The position numbers were made by a program, and so were the translations under genes. From contig JBIKLF010000003.1 in the NCBI GenBank assembly GCA_044359955.1, positions 3,218-67,217 of the forward strand: DNA of 64,000 nt. Direction: 5' to 3'. Positions 17,928-27,492 of the stretch are shown here, one piece after another. Each line of letters starts with the position of its first letter. The first letter of the stretch is position 1. The DNA is from Chthoniobacterales bacterium. GTDB lineage: Bacteria > Verrucomicrobiota > Verrucomicrobiia > Chthoniobacterales > JACTMZ01. A model generated the notes under the pieces. The model made no database searches. It was given only the letters and a program-made list of their open reading frames with translations, and had not been told where the DNA came from.

Positions 17928-19646
17928 TCAGGTGTATTTGAGGATTTCTTCCACCGTGGTCTCGCCGTCGAAGATGGCCTGCAGGCCCTCTTCGCGCAGG
18001 GTGCGCATGCCGAGTTCGATGGCTTTCTGGCGGAGCACGACGCCGGGGGCGCGCTGGTTGATCATTTCACGCAGGGTGTCGTTGAGGCGCAGGGTTTCAT
18101 AGATGGCCCGGCGACCTTTGTAGCCGGTGTCGTTGCACTCTTCGCAACCCCGGCCTTTGTAGAATTTCTTGTCGCCCACCTCGTGCGCGGAAAGACCGAG
18201 GAGCATGAGTTCCTCCTCGCTGGGCTCGTAGGGCTCGATGCATTTCGAGCAGGTGCGGCGGACGAGACGCTGGGCCACGACCAGTTCGAGCGAGGCGGAT
18301 ATGAGGAATGGTTCGACGCCCATGTCGATGAGACGGGTGATGGCACCGGTCGAATCATTGGTGTGGAGCGAGGTGAAAACCAGGTGGCCGGTGAGGGAGG
18401 CTTGAATGGCAATCTGGGCTGTCTCGAGATCGCGGGTCTCGCCGACGAGAATGCGGTCGGGATCCTGCCGAAGGAAGGCGCGGAGGCAACGGGCGAAATC
18501 GAGACCGATACCTTCGTTGACCGGAACCTGGATGATGCCGTCGATGTCGTATTCGACCGGATCCTCGGCCGTGAGCAGTTTGGCGTTCGGTTCGTTGATC
18601 TCGCGCAAGCAGGCGTACAGCGTGGTGGTTTTGCCCGATCCGGTGGGCCCGGTGACGATGATGATGCCGTTGGGCAGCTTGATCATGTCCCGCAGCGTCT
18701 TCTTCACGTTGTCCGGGACCCCGAGCTTGTCGAGGTCGAGTTGGACGGCGGAACGGTCGAGAATACGGAGCACGACGCTTTCGCCGAACTGGGTGGGCAG
18801 CGTGCTGACGCGCAGGTCGATGGAGAAGGGTTTGCCGTCGCGCGTGACGCTACGTTGGATGCGGCCGTCCTGCGGCAGGCGGCTCTCGGCAATGTTGAGG
18901 TTCGCGATAATTTTGATGCGCGAGATCAACTCGCGGCCGATCGAGCTGTAGGCCTTCCGGTCGGACTTGGTGAGGAGGGAGCGCAGGGTTCCGTCGACGC
19001 GCATGCGGACGTCCATGAAATCCTCGAACGGCTCGAAGTGGATGTCGCTGGCTTTGGCTTTGATCCCGATATCGATGAGGTTGTCGATGATTTGGGTGAC
19101 GTATTGGGCGCGTTCCTCATCGCTCAGGTTCCCGGCCGATACGGCGGTGCCGGCCTGGCTGAGTCTTTCCCGCAGCTCCTTTTGGGTGAGAGTGGAAAAT
19201 CCCTCGGTCGCGTAGTCAACGGAGTCATAGTATTGCGTGATGAGTTCCGTGATGCGCCGGACCGGGGCGACGCTGACTTGGATATTCTCGTTGAGCGCAA
19301 AGCGGAGTTCCTCGATGCGTTGCGCGTCAAGCGGGTCGCTCATCGCAACGTAGAGCGTTCCGTCCACGTCGGCGACCGGGAGTGCCCCGTGGAGACGGGC
19401 CAACCCGACGGGAATCCTGTCACGCAGGCGGTTCTCCAACTCGAAATCCGTAAGGTCGATGTAATTGGCCCCGATGGAATTCGCGATAGTCTGGTAAAAA
19501 GTGTGCTCGTCGATGTGGCCCTCCTCGACGAGGAAATCCTCGGGGGCGCGTCCGCTTTCCAGAACGGCCTGGAGCAGGGGGTCCGAATGCCCGGCGGGAA
19601 TCGCGCCTTGGTCGGCCAGCGTGGTGATGACGAGGTGCGGGTCCAT
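17928..19646 (-). CDS. GspE/PilB-family secretion ATPase, paralogue 2
   Basis: 572 aa. N-terminal T2SSE_N-like domain, Walker A GPTGSGKTTTLYA, Walker B ILVGETRD, His box TGHLVFTSLHTN, Cys cluster CSKC..CEEC. Confidence 0.9.
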   Translation of the reverse strand: MDPHLVITTLADQGAIPAGHSDPLLQAVLESGRAPEDFLVEEGHIDEHTFYQTIANSIGANYIDLTDFELENRLRDRIPVGLARLHGALPVADVDGTLYVAMSDPLDAQRIEELRFALNENIQVSVAPVRRITELITQYYDSVDYATEGFSTLTQKELRERLSQAGTAVSAGNLSDEERAQYVTQIIDNLIDIGIKAKASDIHFEPFEDFMDVRMRVDGTLRSLLTKSDRKAYSSIGRELISRIKIIANLNIAESRLPQDGRIQRSVTRDGKPFSIDLRVSTLPTQFGESVVLRILDRSAVQLDLDKLGVPDNVKKTLRDMIKLPNGIIIVTGPTGSGKTTTLYACLREINEPNAKLLTAEDPVEYDIDGIIQVPVNEGIGLDFARCLRAFLRQDPDRILVGETRDLETAQIAIQASLTGHLVFTSLHTNDSTGAITRLIDMGVEPFLISASLELVVAQRLVRRTCSKCIEPYEPSEEELMLLGLSAHEVGDKKFYKGRGCEECNDTGYKGRRAIYETLRLNDTLREMINQRAPGVVLRQKAIELGMRTLREEGLQAIFDGETTVEEILKYT

Positions 19647-19647
19647 C

Positions 19648-21336
19648 TCAGTCGGAATCTCCCATGGTGACGGAGAGCACCTCGTCGAAGGTGGTCAAGC
19701 CGGCGAAAACCTTCTGGAATCCGTCCTCACGCAGGGTGCGCATGCCTTGCTCGCGGGCGCGGTTGCGAAGTTGCACGGTGCTGACTTGTTCGGAACGGTC
19801 CCCGCCATCGCCCATGCGGTTGATCATCTGGCGCATGTCGTCGTCGATCTTGAAAATTTCAAAAATGCCGAGGCGGCCGCGGTAACCGGTGAAGCGGCAG
19901 CGCTCGCAGCCCTTGGGCTTGTAGATGGTGGCGTCGGCCAGCTGCTCGGGATCGAGGCGCAGGGCGATCATTTCCGCTTCGCTGAGTGCGCCCGCTTCCT
20001 TGCATTGGCAAAGTTTGCGGCAGAGGCGTTGGGCCATGACGGCGCGCACCGCGCTGGAGACGAGGAAGGGTTTGACGCCGATATCGATGAGGCGGGCGAT
20101 GGCGCTGGGGGCGTCATTGGTGTGCAGGGTGGAAAGCACCAAGTGGCCGGTGAGGGACGCATTGATGGCGATGCCGGCCGTCTCGAGGTCACGAATCTCG
20201 CCGATCATGATCACGTTCGGGGCTTGGCGCAGGATGGAGCGCAGGGCGCGGGCGAAGGTCATGCCAATGTCCGATTTGACGTGCACTTGGTTGACCCCGG
20301 GCATGACGTATTCGATCGGGTCTTCGACCGTGATGATCTTGCGGCTCTCGTTGTTGATTTCCGAAAGGCAGGCGTAAAGCGTGGTGGTTTTACCCGAACC
20401 GGTCGGGCCGGTGACGAGGATAATGCCGTCGGCCATTTTGATCAGGCCGCGGAAATACTCCTGGTCGTCGGTCATGAAGCCGAGGTCCGGCAGGGTGATG
20501 GAGAGCGTGGATTGGTCGAGCAGACGCATGACGATGGATTCGCCTTGCGAGGTGGGTATGGTGGAGACGCGGAGATCGAGCGCTTTGCCGCGCACTTGGC
20601 ACTGGATGCGGCCGTCTTGGGGAACGCGCTTTTCGTCGATGCTCATCGTCTCGGTCATGATTTTGAGCCGGCTGATGATGGCGCTCTGCAGGGTGTGGGG
20701 GAGGAGTTTGTATTGCTCCAGCTCGCCGTCGATGCGGAAGCGGACGCGAAATCCCGCCTCCAACGGTTCCAAATGGATATCGCTGGCCCGCATTTCCTGG
20801 GCTTTTTCGAGGAAGTCCTGCACCAGCTTGATGATGGCCGCGTCGTCCTCGCCGGCTCCGCCCTCGGACTCCTCCTCGGTTCCGGCGGCGACAAGACCGT
20901 CCTGACGCGGATAAATGTCGGTGAGCAGGATATCAACACGCTCCGGATCGGCGTAAAGGAACTCCACCTCCGCCTTGAGCAGGAAAGGCACCGTGTCGAA
21001 GGCCTCGAAATTCATCGGATCGCCAATGGCAACCTGCAGGCCGTGGTCCGTTTGCTGCAAAGGCAGGATACGATGCCGGCGGGCCACCTCGCCGGGGATC
21101 AGTCCGTGCAGCTCGCGGATGCGCTGGACAGTGTCCGCCTCATCGAGGTCCGCGAAGCTCAGCCCGTGGAAGTGCGCGACCGCTTCATGGACGTCGCGCG
21201 GTTGCACGGCCCGTGTTTCCAAGAGCGCGTCGATGATCGGGGCGCCGGGGTGCTGTTCGCGGGCTTCGCTGACCTGCTGCTTCGTCACCCGGAATTGGTC
21301 GAGAAGGACTTCGAGAACTTGGTCGTCAGTGTGCAC
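19648..21336 (-). CDS. GspE/PilB-family secretion ATPase, paralogue 1
   Basis: 562 aa. Walker A GPTGSGKTTTLYA, IMIGEIRD, TGHLVLSTLHTN, Cys cluster CRKLCQC..CERC. Its stop lies 1 nt from the paralogue 2 start. Confidence 0.9.
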   Translation of the reverse strand: MHTDDQVLEVLLDQFRVTKQQVSEAREQHPGAPIIDALLETRAVQPRDVHEAVAHFHGLSFADLDEADTVQRIRELHGLIPGEVARRHRILPLQQTDHGLQVAIGDPMNFEAFDTVPFLLKAEVEFLYADPERVDILLTDIYPRQDGLVAAGTEEESEGGAGEDDAAIIKLVQDFLEKAQEMRASDIHLEPLEAGFRVRFRIDGELEQYKLLPHTLQSAIISRLKIMTETMSIDEKRVPQDGRIQCQVRGKALDLRVSTIPTSQGESIVMRLLDQSTLSITLPDLGFMTDDQEYFRGLIKMADGIILVTGPTGSGKTTTLYACLSEINNESRKIITVEDPIEYVMPGVNQVHVKSDIGMTFARALRSILRQAPNVIMIGEIRDLETAGIAINASLTGHLVLSTLHTNDAPSAIARLIDIGVKPFLVSSAVRAVMAQRLCRKLCQCKEAGALSEAEMIALRLDPEQLADATIYKPKGCERCRFTGYRGRLGIFEIFKIDDDMRQMINRMGDGGDRSEQVSTVQLRNRAREQGMRTLREDGFQKVFAGLTTFDEVLSVTMGDSD

Positions 21337-21461
21337 GAGGTGGGAAACTACAGGGAGTGCTTACGGCTGCGGAGAGAGGCTGTCAAGGAACGGGAAATTG
21401 CAGTGCTGCGTTGTCATTCCTCCGCCGGAGGATAGACTGTCTGCCGATATCTCCCAGACCT

Positions 21462-22088
21462 ATGAGCAAATACCAAACCTACCTTATTTTCGGCGCGCCC
21501 GGCAGCGGCAAAGGAACGCAGGGCCGCGTGCTTGGCAAAGTGCCCGGCTACTATCATTGCGCGTGCGGCGACGTGTTCCGCGCCCTCGATTTGCGCACGC
21601 CGCTGGGCAAGCAGTTCCTCGAGTATTCGAGCCGCGGCGAGTTGGTGCCGGACGAGATCACGGTCAAACTTTGGAAGATCCGCATCGATCAAAGCGTCGA
21701 GTCGCACGCTTTCCATCCCGACCACGACTTTCTCGTGCTCGACGGCATCCCGCGCAACATTCACCAGGTGCAGATGCTGGAGGACATTGTCCGGGTGAGG
21801 AAAATTTTCCATCTGACCTGTCCCGACCGCGCCAAGCTGGTCGAGCGCCTCAAGCGGCGCGCCTTGCGCGACAACCGGTTTGATGACGCCAACGAGGAGG
21901 TGATCAGGCACCGGCTCGAGACTTACGACCAGGAGTCCAAGCCTTTATTGGCCCATTACGGCGATGAGATGATTGTGCACATCGACGCCATGCTCTCGCC
22001 GGTCGATGTGCTCGGCAACATTGTCAGTGTGCTGGCGCAGGACCGACGCAACCACTTCGGGGAGGAAGGGTTCAGCGCGGTGACATGA
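21462..22088 (+). CDS. adk: adenylate kinase family protein (short LID)
   Basis: ATG 21462. P-loop IFGAPGSGKGTQ, LVLDGIPRN, RLETY. Confidence 0.85.
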   Translation: MSKYQTYLIFGAPGSGKGTQGRVLGKVPGYYHCACGDVFRALDLRTPLGKQFLEYSSRGELVPDEITVKLWKIRIDQSVESHAFHPDHDFLVLDGIPRNIHQVQMLEDIVRVRKIFHLTCPDRAKLVERLKRRALRDNRFDDANEEVIRHRLETYDQESKPLLAHYGDEMIVHIDAMLSPVDVLGNIVSVLAQDRRNHFGEEGFSAVT

Positions 22089-22303
22089 GCGGCCGCTTCG
22101 AGAGCCTGCGGGCCAGCAGCCTCTACTGCCGGCGGTGCGGCCAATCCATGCCGGTGCGCGAACGGCTGCTGCTCGTTTTGCCGGACAAGGAAATCTACGA
22201 CTACTGCTGCACGGGATGCGCGGACTCATTGGGTCAGCGCGAGGTCACGGCCGGGGAATTGCTTCGCGTGCGGCGCGGTGCGGCCCCGCGGCGGCTGGCA
22301 TGA
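22085..22303 (+). CDS. small zinc-ribbon protein, hypothetical
   Basis: 72 aa with CRRC...CTGC. ATGA overlaps at both ends (adk stop, fmt start) argue for translation. Confidence 0.5.
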   Translation: MSGRFESLRASSLYCRRCGQSMPVRERLLLVLPDKEIYDYCCTGCADSLGQREVTAGELLRVRRGAAPRRLA

Positions 22304-23238
22304 CGAACGGGGCGATGAGGACGGTTTTTCTCGGCAGCGGGGACATTGGAATTCCCACCCTGCGCTTTTTGCTGGCGAGGCCCGGCCTCGAAGTGGTTGG
22401 CGTGGTGACCCAGCCGGACCGTCCGTCCGGCCGTGGTTTGCAACTCACGCCGTGTGCGATCAAGGAGTTGGCGCTTTCCCACGGTATGGCCCCGCTGCAG
22501 CCTGCGCGCGTCCGCTCGGACGAGGCGGTGGAAGAAATCAAGAGCTGGGCGCCCGATCTTTTTGTGGTCATGGCCTACGGTCAGATCCTGCCCCAGACGC
22601 TTCTCGATGTTCCCCGACTCGGCGCCTTGAATCTCCATGCCTCCCTGCTCCCGCGTCACCGTGGCGCGGCTCCGGTCCATGCCGCTGTCTTGGCCGGTGA
22701 CGAGAAGAGCGGGATAACCGTGATGTGGATGGAGGCGGGTCTCGATACGGGCGATATTTTACTGAGCAAGGAGTGTGACCTCGAATCCGGGGAGACGGCC
22801 GGAACTTTGCATGACCGCTTGGCCGCTCTGGCCCCCGGGGCCCTCGAGGAGGCATTGCTTTTGCTTCGCGAAGGTTGTGCGCCGCGCATCCGGCAGGACG
22901 AAAGCGCGGCCAGCTACGCACCGAAGCTGAGCCGCGCCAGCGGCCGTCTCGATTGGAGCAAGAGTGCGGTGGAACTCGAGCGCATGGTGCGGGGATTGCA
23001 TCCCTGGCCGGGGTGCACTGCCCTGCTCGAAACGACGGCGGGTCGTCGCGTGGAGATCAAGGTTCACCGGGCGGTGGTCAGCCCCGGTCCCGCCGATCCC
23101 ACGCAGTTGCATTTGCCCTGCGAGGGCGGCGGGGTTTTGGAGTTGCTTGAGGTCCAGCCGTCCGGCGGCAAGCGCATGAGCCAGGCGGAGTTCGTGCGAG
23201 GCCACCAGATTTTGCGGGCTGTAGCGGCCGGAGTCTGA
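22300..23238 (+). CDS. fmt: methionyl-tRNA formyltransferase
   Basis: VFLGSGDIGIP, QPDRPSGRG and HASLLPRHRGAAP motifs. ATG 22300 (or 22315). Confidence 0.9.
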   Translation: MTNGAMRTVFLGSGDIGIPTLRFLLARPGLEVVGVVTQPDRPSGRGLQLTPCAIKELALSHGMAPLQPARVRSDEAVEEIKSWAPDLFVVMAYGQILPQTLLDVPRLGALNLHASLLPRHRGAAPVHAAVLAGDEKSGITVMWMEAGLDTGDILLSKECDLESGETAGTLHDRLAALAPGALEEALLLLREGCAPRIRQDESAASYAPKLSRASGRLDWSKSAVELERMVRGLHPWPGCTALLETTAGRRVEIKVHRAVVSPGPADPTQLHLPCEGGGVLELLEVQPSGGKRMSQAEFVRGHQILRAVAAGV

Positions 23239-23243
23239 GCGGG

Positions 23244-23702
23244 TCAGATTTGCTTCGCGGTGTCAGCTCGCGGCGAGCGGGCCAGCCAGGCGAGCAGTGC
23301 GGTGAGCCCGAGGAGGAAAATGTTACGCAGGGTGGCGCCACCCGGGGTGGTCAGTGCGGCGAGTGACGGATGCAACCCGCTCAGATCCAGACAGCCGCAG
23401 TCGATGGGAAGTTCCCGCCACCAAGCCTGTGCGGTGAGCGCCGTGAAGGCAAGCAGCAGGCCGGCGGTGGCGGCGAGGGTAGCCGGCATGAAAACCCCGG
23501 AAAGAAGCGCGAGGCCGAGGATGATTTCTCCCCACGGGAGAGCATGCGCAATGGCCAAGGCCAGCCCGTCGGGCAACACAATCTGGTAAGAATAGACCGC
23601 GGCCAGAGTCTGCAGCGGCGCACCAACTTTGGAGAGTCCGGCCGCGAGGAAAAAAAGCCCGAGCAACCAACGCAGGGCGGGAATGGCTGCGCGTTTCATC
23701 AA
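23244..23702 (-). CDS. MauE/DoxX-family membrane protein
   Basis: 152 aa, 4 TM segments. LFFLAAGLSKV and a CGC motif (PIDCGCL) are typical of MauE-like proteins. Confidence 0.7.
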   Translation of the reverse strand: MMKRAAIPALRWLLGLFFLAAGLSKVGAPLQTLAAVYSYQIVLPDGLALAIAHALPWGEIILGLALLSGVFMPATLAATAGLLLAFTALTAQAWWRELPIDCGCLDLSGLHPSLAALTTPGGATLRNIFLLGLTALLAWLARSPRADTAKQI

Positions 23703-23816
23703 TGGAAATGGCGGTGAGGGAGGGATGCGAACCCTTGATTGGACAGAGAGGAATTTAGTGCTTTGCGTTTTCTTAGCATTTTCGCAGCGTTATTTTCATG
23801 CCAACTGACTCGAAGC

Positions 23817-24149
23817 CTACCTTGGTTGTTTCATTGCGCAATATGTCCATACCGATCTTCGCGCCATCCACGCAGTGCGGTGGTGCCAGTCGTAATTCCA
23901 CGGGCTGAAAGGCAGCAGCACGCCGCCGAGGCACAGGGTTACACCGAGCCAACCCCTGCGTGTAGGTCTTTCTCCGAAGACAATAAAGCTGAGAGGAACA
24001 ACGAAAAGCGATGTGGCGTAGCAAAGGATGCTCGTCTGGCTGGCGTGAAGGTGCTCAATGCCGACATGCGCGAAGGCGAGAAACAAGGCCACTTGGAATC
24101 CGCTGATGATGAGGATGGCTTTAAAGTCGCCCTTTTTCGGGAGGGCCAC
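23817..24149 (-). pseudogene. EamA/DMT transporter, C-terminal half only (probable remnant)
   Basis: Only about 110 codons after the HlyD stop look protein-like (ILIISGFQVALFLAFAHVGIEHLHASQTSILCYATSLFVVPLSFIVFGERPTRRGWLGVTLCLGGVLL, one EamA repeat). No ATG; GTG 24149 is possible. Locally lower GC. Confidence 0.5.
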
Positions 24150-24159
24150 GGGGGCGCCG

Positions 24160-25092
24160 CTATATCTGCGGTGTTCCGTCGATGAAGACGTCCATTTGCT
24201 GTCCCACATAGACTGGGGTGGCGGGCATGGGAAAGGTGTAGATGACTTGCAGCACACGGGTGTCGACGCGTTCGGTGCTTTCGCCGGTGAGCGATTTTTT
24301 CGGGAGGATATACGGTTCGACGCGCACGAAAGTAAGGGGGATTGGTTTGTCGCGGGTGCCTTTGATGTAGGCGGTGGCGGGAGCGCCGGGGCGCACGCGC
24401 CATGCACTGTCCTCATCGACGTCGGCGCGCAATTGTAAGGTGCTGGTGTCGCCGAGAAGGATGGCCTCCACCATGGTGTTCGGGGAGGAATACTCGCCCG
24501 CGCGGATGTTGACCTGCAGGATTTCGCCGTCGCGCGGGGCGGTGACGAGAGTGATGTCGAGGTCGGTCTGTGCTTCGGCCAAGAGCGCCTTCCCCTGCTC
24601 CAGTTCGGCAGCGGCCCGCGCCTGCAGTGCTTCGGCGGCGCGGTGCTGGAATGTGGTACGGCGGACTTCCTCTTGGCTGGCCACGTTTTTCGAGCCGAGC
24701 TTGTTGACGCGTTCAAGGAGATCTTTTTTCTCCGCAAGGTTGGCCTCGGCCTCGGCCAAACGTGCAGTGAGCACGGGAATCTCGGCTTCGCGCGAGGTGA
24801 CTGCAGCCCGCGCTTCGCGCGAGTCGACGCGGAAGAGCGGGGTGCCTTTTTTTACCTGGTCCCCGACCTTAACGAAGACTTCCTCGACCACGCCGCTGAC
24901 GAGGGGGGAAACATGGACGTTTTCCCCGAGAGCTTCGACAATGCCCCGCGCGCCGATGGCGGCTTGGTAAGGCGCGGTAGCCGGTTCCACGAAGGGCGGG
25001 GCAACCGGATCAGGTTTTTTTAAACGGGCGACGAGAAAAAACATGGCCGCGATGCCGACGAGCGCGGCGGCGATGGTGATATTTTTAAGCAT
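24160..25092 (-). CDS. HlyD-family periplasmic adaptor (DevB/MacA-like)
   Basis: ATG 25092. N-terminal TM, then a lipoyl-like motif SPLVSGVVEEVFVKVGDQVKKGTPLFRVD and a coiled coil. Confidence 0.85.
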   Translation of the reverse strand: MLKNITIAAALVGIAAMFFLVARLKKPDPVAPPFVEPATAPYQAAIGARGIVEALGENVHVSPLVSGVVEEVFVKVGDQVKKGTPLFRVDSREARAAVTSREAEIPVLTARLAEAEANLAEKKDLLERVNKLGSKNVASQEEVRRTTFQHRAAEALQARAAAELEQGKALLAEAQTDLDITLVTAPRDGEILQVNIRAGEYSSPNTMVEAILLGDTSTLQLRADVDEDSAWRVRPGAPATAYIKGTRDKPIPLTFVRVEPYILPKKSLTGESTERVDTRVLQVIYTFPMPATPVYVGQQMDVFIDGTPQI

Positions 25093-25834
25093 GGCTCTTG
25101 GGTTGTGGTTGAGGATGGGGATGGTCGCGGAGGTAATCGGACGCGGTCTGCGACGCGGTGACAAGCCCGTCGTCCATTTCGACGATGCGATCGGCGTAGT
25201 GGAAGATGCGGGAGTCGTGGGTCACGACGATAACACAGCGGTCGGGATGGCGAGCGGATTCCCGCAGGAGATCGAGGGCGCGCTGTCCGGCGGCGGCATC
25301 GAGGGAAGCGGTGGGTTCGTCGCAGATGACCAAGCGTGGCTGATGGACCATGGCGCGGGAGATGGCCACGCGTTGCTGTTGGCCGCCGGACATTTGCGAG
25401 GGGAAGCTTTCCTCGCGTCCGGCCAACCCGACCTTACCGAGCATGGCGCCGGCCTCTTGCTGGGCGCGGGCGTAGGATGTCCCGGTGAGCAGGCAGGGGA
25501 TGGAAACGTTTTCCCGCGCGGTGAGGGTCGGCACGAGATTGAACTGCTGGAAAATGAAGCCGACATGGCGCGCGCGGAACGCGGTTAGTTCGCGGTCCGG
25601 CATCGAGGAGATTGTCTTGCCGAAAAGTTCGATCAAGCCGGAGTCGGCCCGCAGTGTTCCGCAGATCACGCTGAGCAGGGTTGTCTTGCCGCAGCCGGAG
25701 GGTCCGACGATCATGAGTAATTCCCCGAAGCGCGCCTCGAGGCTCACGCCTTTGAGCGCGCGCACGGCGATTTCGCCTTTGCCGTAGGTTTTAGCCACAT
25801 CGCGGCAGATGACGGCTGTTTCGTGGGCGCTCAT
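25085..25834 (-). CDS. ABC transporter ATP-binding protein (DevA/MacB-ATPase-like)
   Basis: [23 protein letters not shown] and LVICDEPT motifs. Confidence 0.9.
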   Translation of the reverse strand: MSAHETAVICRDVAKTYGKGEIAVRALKGVSLEARFGELLMIVGPSGCGKTTLLSVICGTLRADSGLIELFGKTISSMPDRELTAFRARHVGFIFQQFNLVPTLTARENVSIPCLLTGTSYARAQQEAGAMLGKVGLAGREESFPSQMSGGQQQRVAISRAMVHQPRLVICDEPTASLDAAAGQRALDLLRESARHPDRCVIVVTHDSRIFHYADRIVEMDDGLVTASQTASDYLRDHPHPQPQPKSHA

Positions 25835-26964
25835 TTGAAGACCATGGCCGCTTCGAGGTGCGCCACCTTGGCCACGCCGATCGCGGCGGAGAAACTGCAG
25901 ATCAGCGCGATGACCACGCCGACAAAAACCGGGACTTGCCAGGGCATGTAGAAAGGCGGTGTGCCGTTGCGGAGGACGGCGTTGCCGAAAATCGCGGCGA
26001 GCCCGAGCCCGAGGCCGTAGCCGATGAAACCGGTGGAGAAGGCCTGCAGCATGACCATGCCGACGAGTTTGCCGGTGCCGGCGCCCATAGCCTTGAGGGC
26101 GGCCAGGTAACGAAGGTTGTCGTGGACGAAGAGGTAGAAGGTCTGCCCGGCGATGGCGATGCCCACAATGATGCCCATGAGAACGACGGTTCCGAACGAA
26201 ACGGGGATGCCCGTGTTCTTGATATACCAGATCATGGTTTCGCGGAAAAACGTATCATGGTCGAAGGCGCGCAGGCCGGGCAGCGCGTTGATCTGCTGCA
26301 CGACTTCCTGCGGCGTGACGCCCGGTTTCGGCTCGGCGAGAACGTAGGCCAGCATTTTGCGCTGGGCCGGCATGTATAGCAGTGCGCGCTCGTAGGTCGT
26401 GTAGACGTAAGGCTGGCCGAGGAAGCTGCGTTCCGTGTGGCAGATACCGACGATCCGCGCTTCCTCGTCGTTGATTTCGAATGTCGTGCCGATGCGCGCG
26501 TCGATGCCCTTGCGCTGCAGTTTTTCCAGCGCGACCTGGTCGACGATGACCGAGTTGGGCAGGCGCAGATCCTCGATGCGCCCCTCGAGCATCACGGCCG
26601 GGCGTCCGGTGAAGGACGAGGAGTCGAGGCCGGTGAGTTGGATGGCCTGGAAAGAGCCGTCGGGGAGGCGCGCCTGCACAATGCCCCAGAAAAGCGGCAC
26701 GGCCCAAGCCACGCCGGGCAGACTGCGCACCCGCTGCACGTCGATGTCGCGCAGGGAAATGACCTCGTTGACCTGCTGCACCTTGGCATCCACGACCCAC
26801 ACCGGAGAACTGATGTTCCGCAGCGTCGCCGTGGTCCACATCATGATGCCACAAAACACGCCGGCCTGCTGGCTCATGAGCAGCGAGCAAAAAGTCAGGC
26901 CGCTGATCAGCATGGCATACTTCGCCTTGTCGCGGAAAAGCATGAGCAGAGCGATGCGAAGCAT
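25831..26964 (-). CDS. ABC exporter permease, FtsX/DevC-like
   Basis: 377 aa. N-terminal TM, large periplasmic loop, then 3 C-terminal TM segments (FtsX fold). ATGA overlap with the ATPase. Confidence 0.85.
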   Translation of the reverse strand: MLRIALLMLFRDKAKYAMLISGLTFCSLLMSQQAGVFCGIMMWTTATLRNISSPVWVVDAKVQQVNEVISLRDIDVQRVRSLPGVAWAVPLFWGIVQARLPDGSFQAIQLTGLDSSSFTGRPAVMLEGRIEDLRLPNSVIVDQVALEKLQRKGIDARIGTTFEINDEEARIVGICHTERSFLGQPYVYTTYERALLYMPAQRKMLAYVLAEPKPGVTPQEVVQQINALPGLRAFDHDTFFRETMIWYIKNTGIPVSFGTVVLMGIIVGIAIAGQTFYLFVHDNLRYLAALKAMGAGTGKLVGMVMLQAFSTGFIGYGLGLGLAAIFGNAVLRNGTPPFYMPWQVPVFVGVVIALICSFSAAIGVAKVAHLEAAMVFK

Positions 26965-27492
26965 GAAGCAACCTAAATACTGGAGCTTGCCGGCGAACTG
27001 TCAACAAAGTGCACGTCGGACGATTGCCATGAGGCTACACTGGAGACTGTTAGCATCTGGAAAACATCACGAGCCAGCTATGTTGCCGGCCCGCCGCGCT
27101 CTGTTACATTGTCTTCGAGAGTATCCAAAGCATTGGCTATCTCGTTCCCTGCACGTCCGTGATGACTGGTCTGGCGCTCGGTTACTTAGTCAACCAATTG
27201 TGATTCCTGTTTCCGACTTTTTTCGGATTCAGTCTTTTCCAGAAGGTGCTCACGGGGTTTTGCCCGCTAGAGAGGAGTCTGATCAGGGCGGGAGTGGGTC
27301 AGGCTGCGAAGCATTGCAAGGAAATGTTCTGGAGGTCACAGACCGCCGCTTGTCTATTTGCTATGATATTATTCTCGATGTCTTGGGGCTGAGTAGCCCG
27401 GAGGAGCGGCTATGCCGGGAGGCATGTTCCCCGGCAACGGATCTTAGCGGCGGTTCGGTCACGACTCGGGCTGGGCTTGTTTAGGTGGCTCA

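Noticed and set aside
26435-27484. 349-aa listed ORF spanning the DevC-like gene (antisense) and the AT-rich intergenic region
   Set aside because: The first half is antisense to a clear permease gene. The second half has no family resemblance and mixed codon composition.
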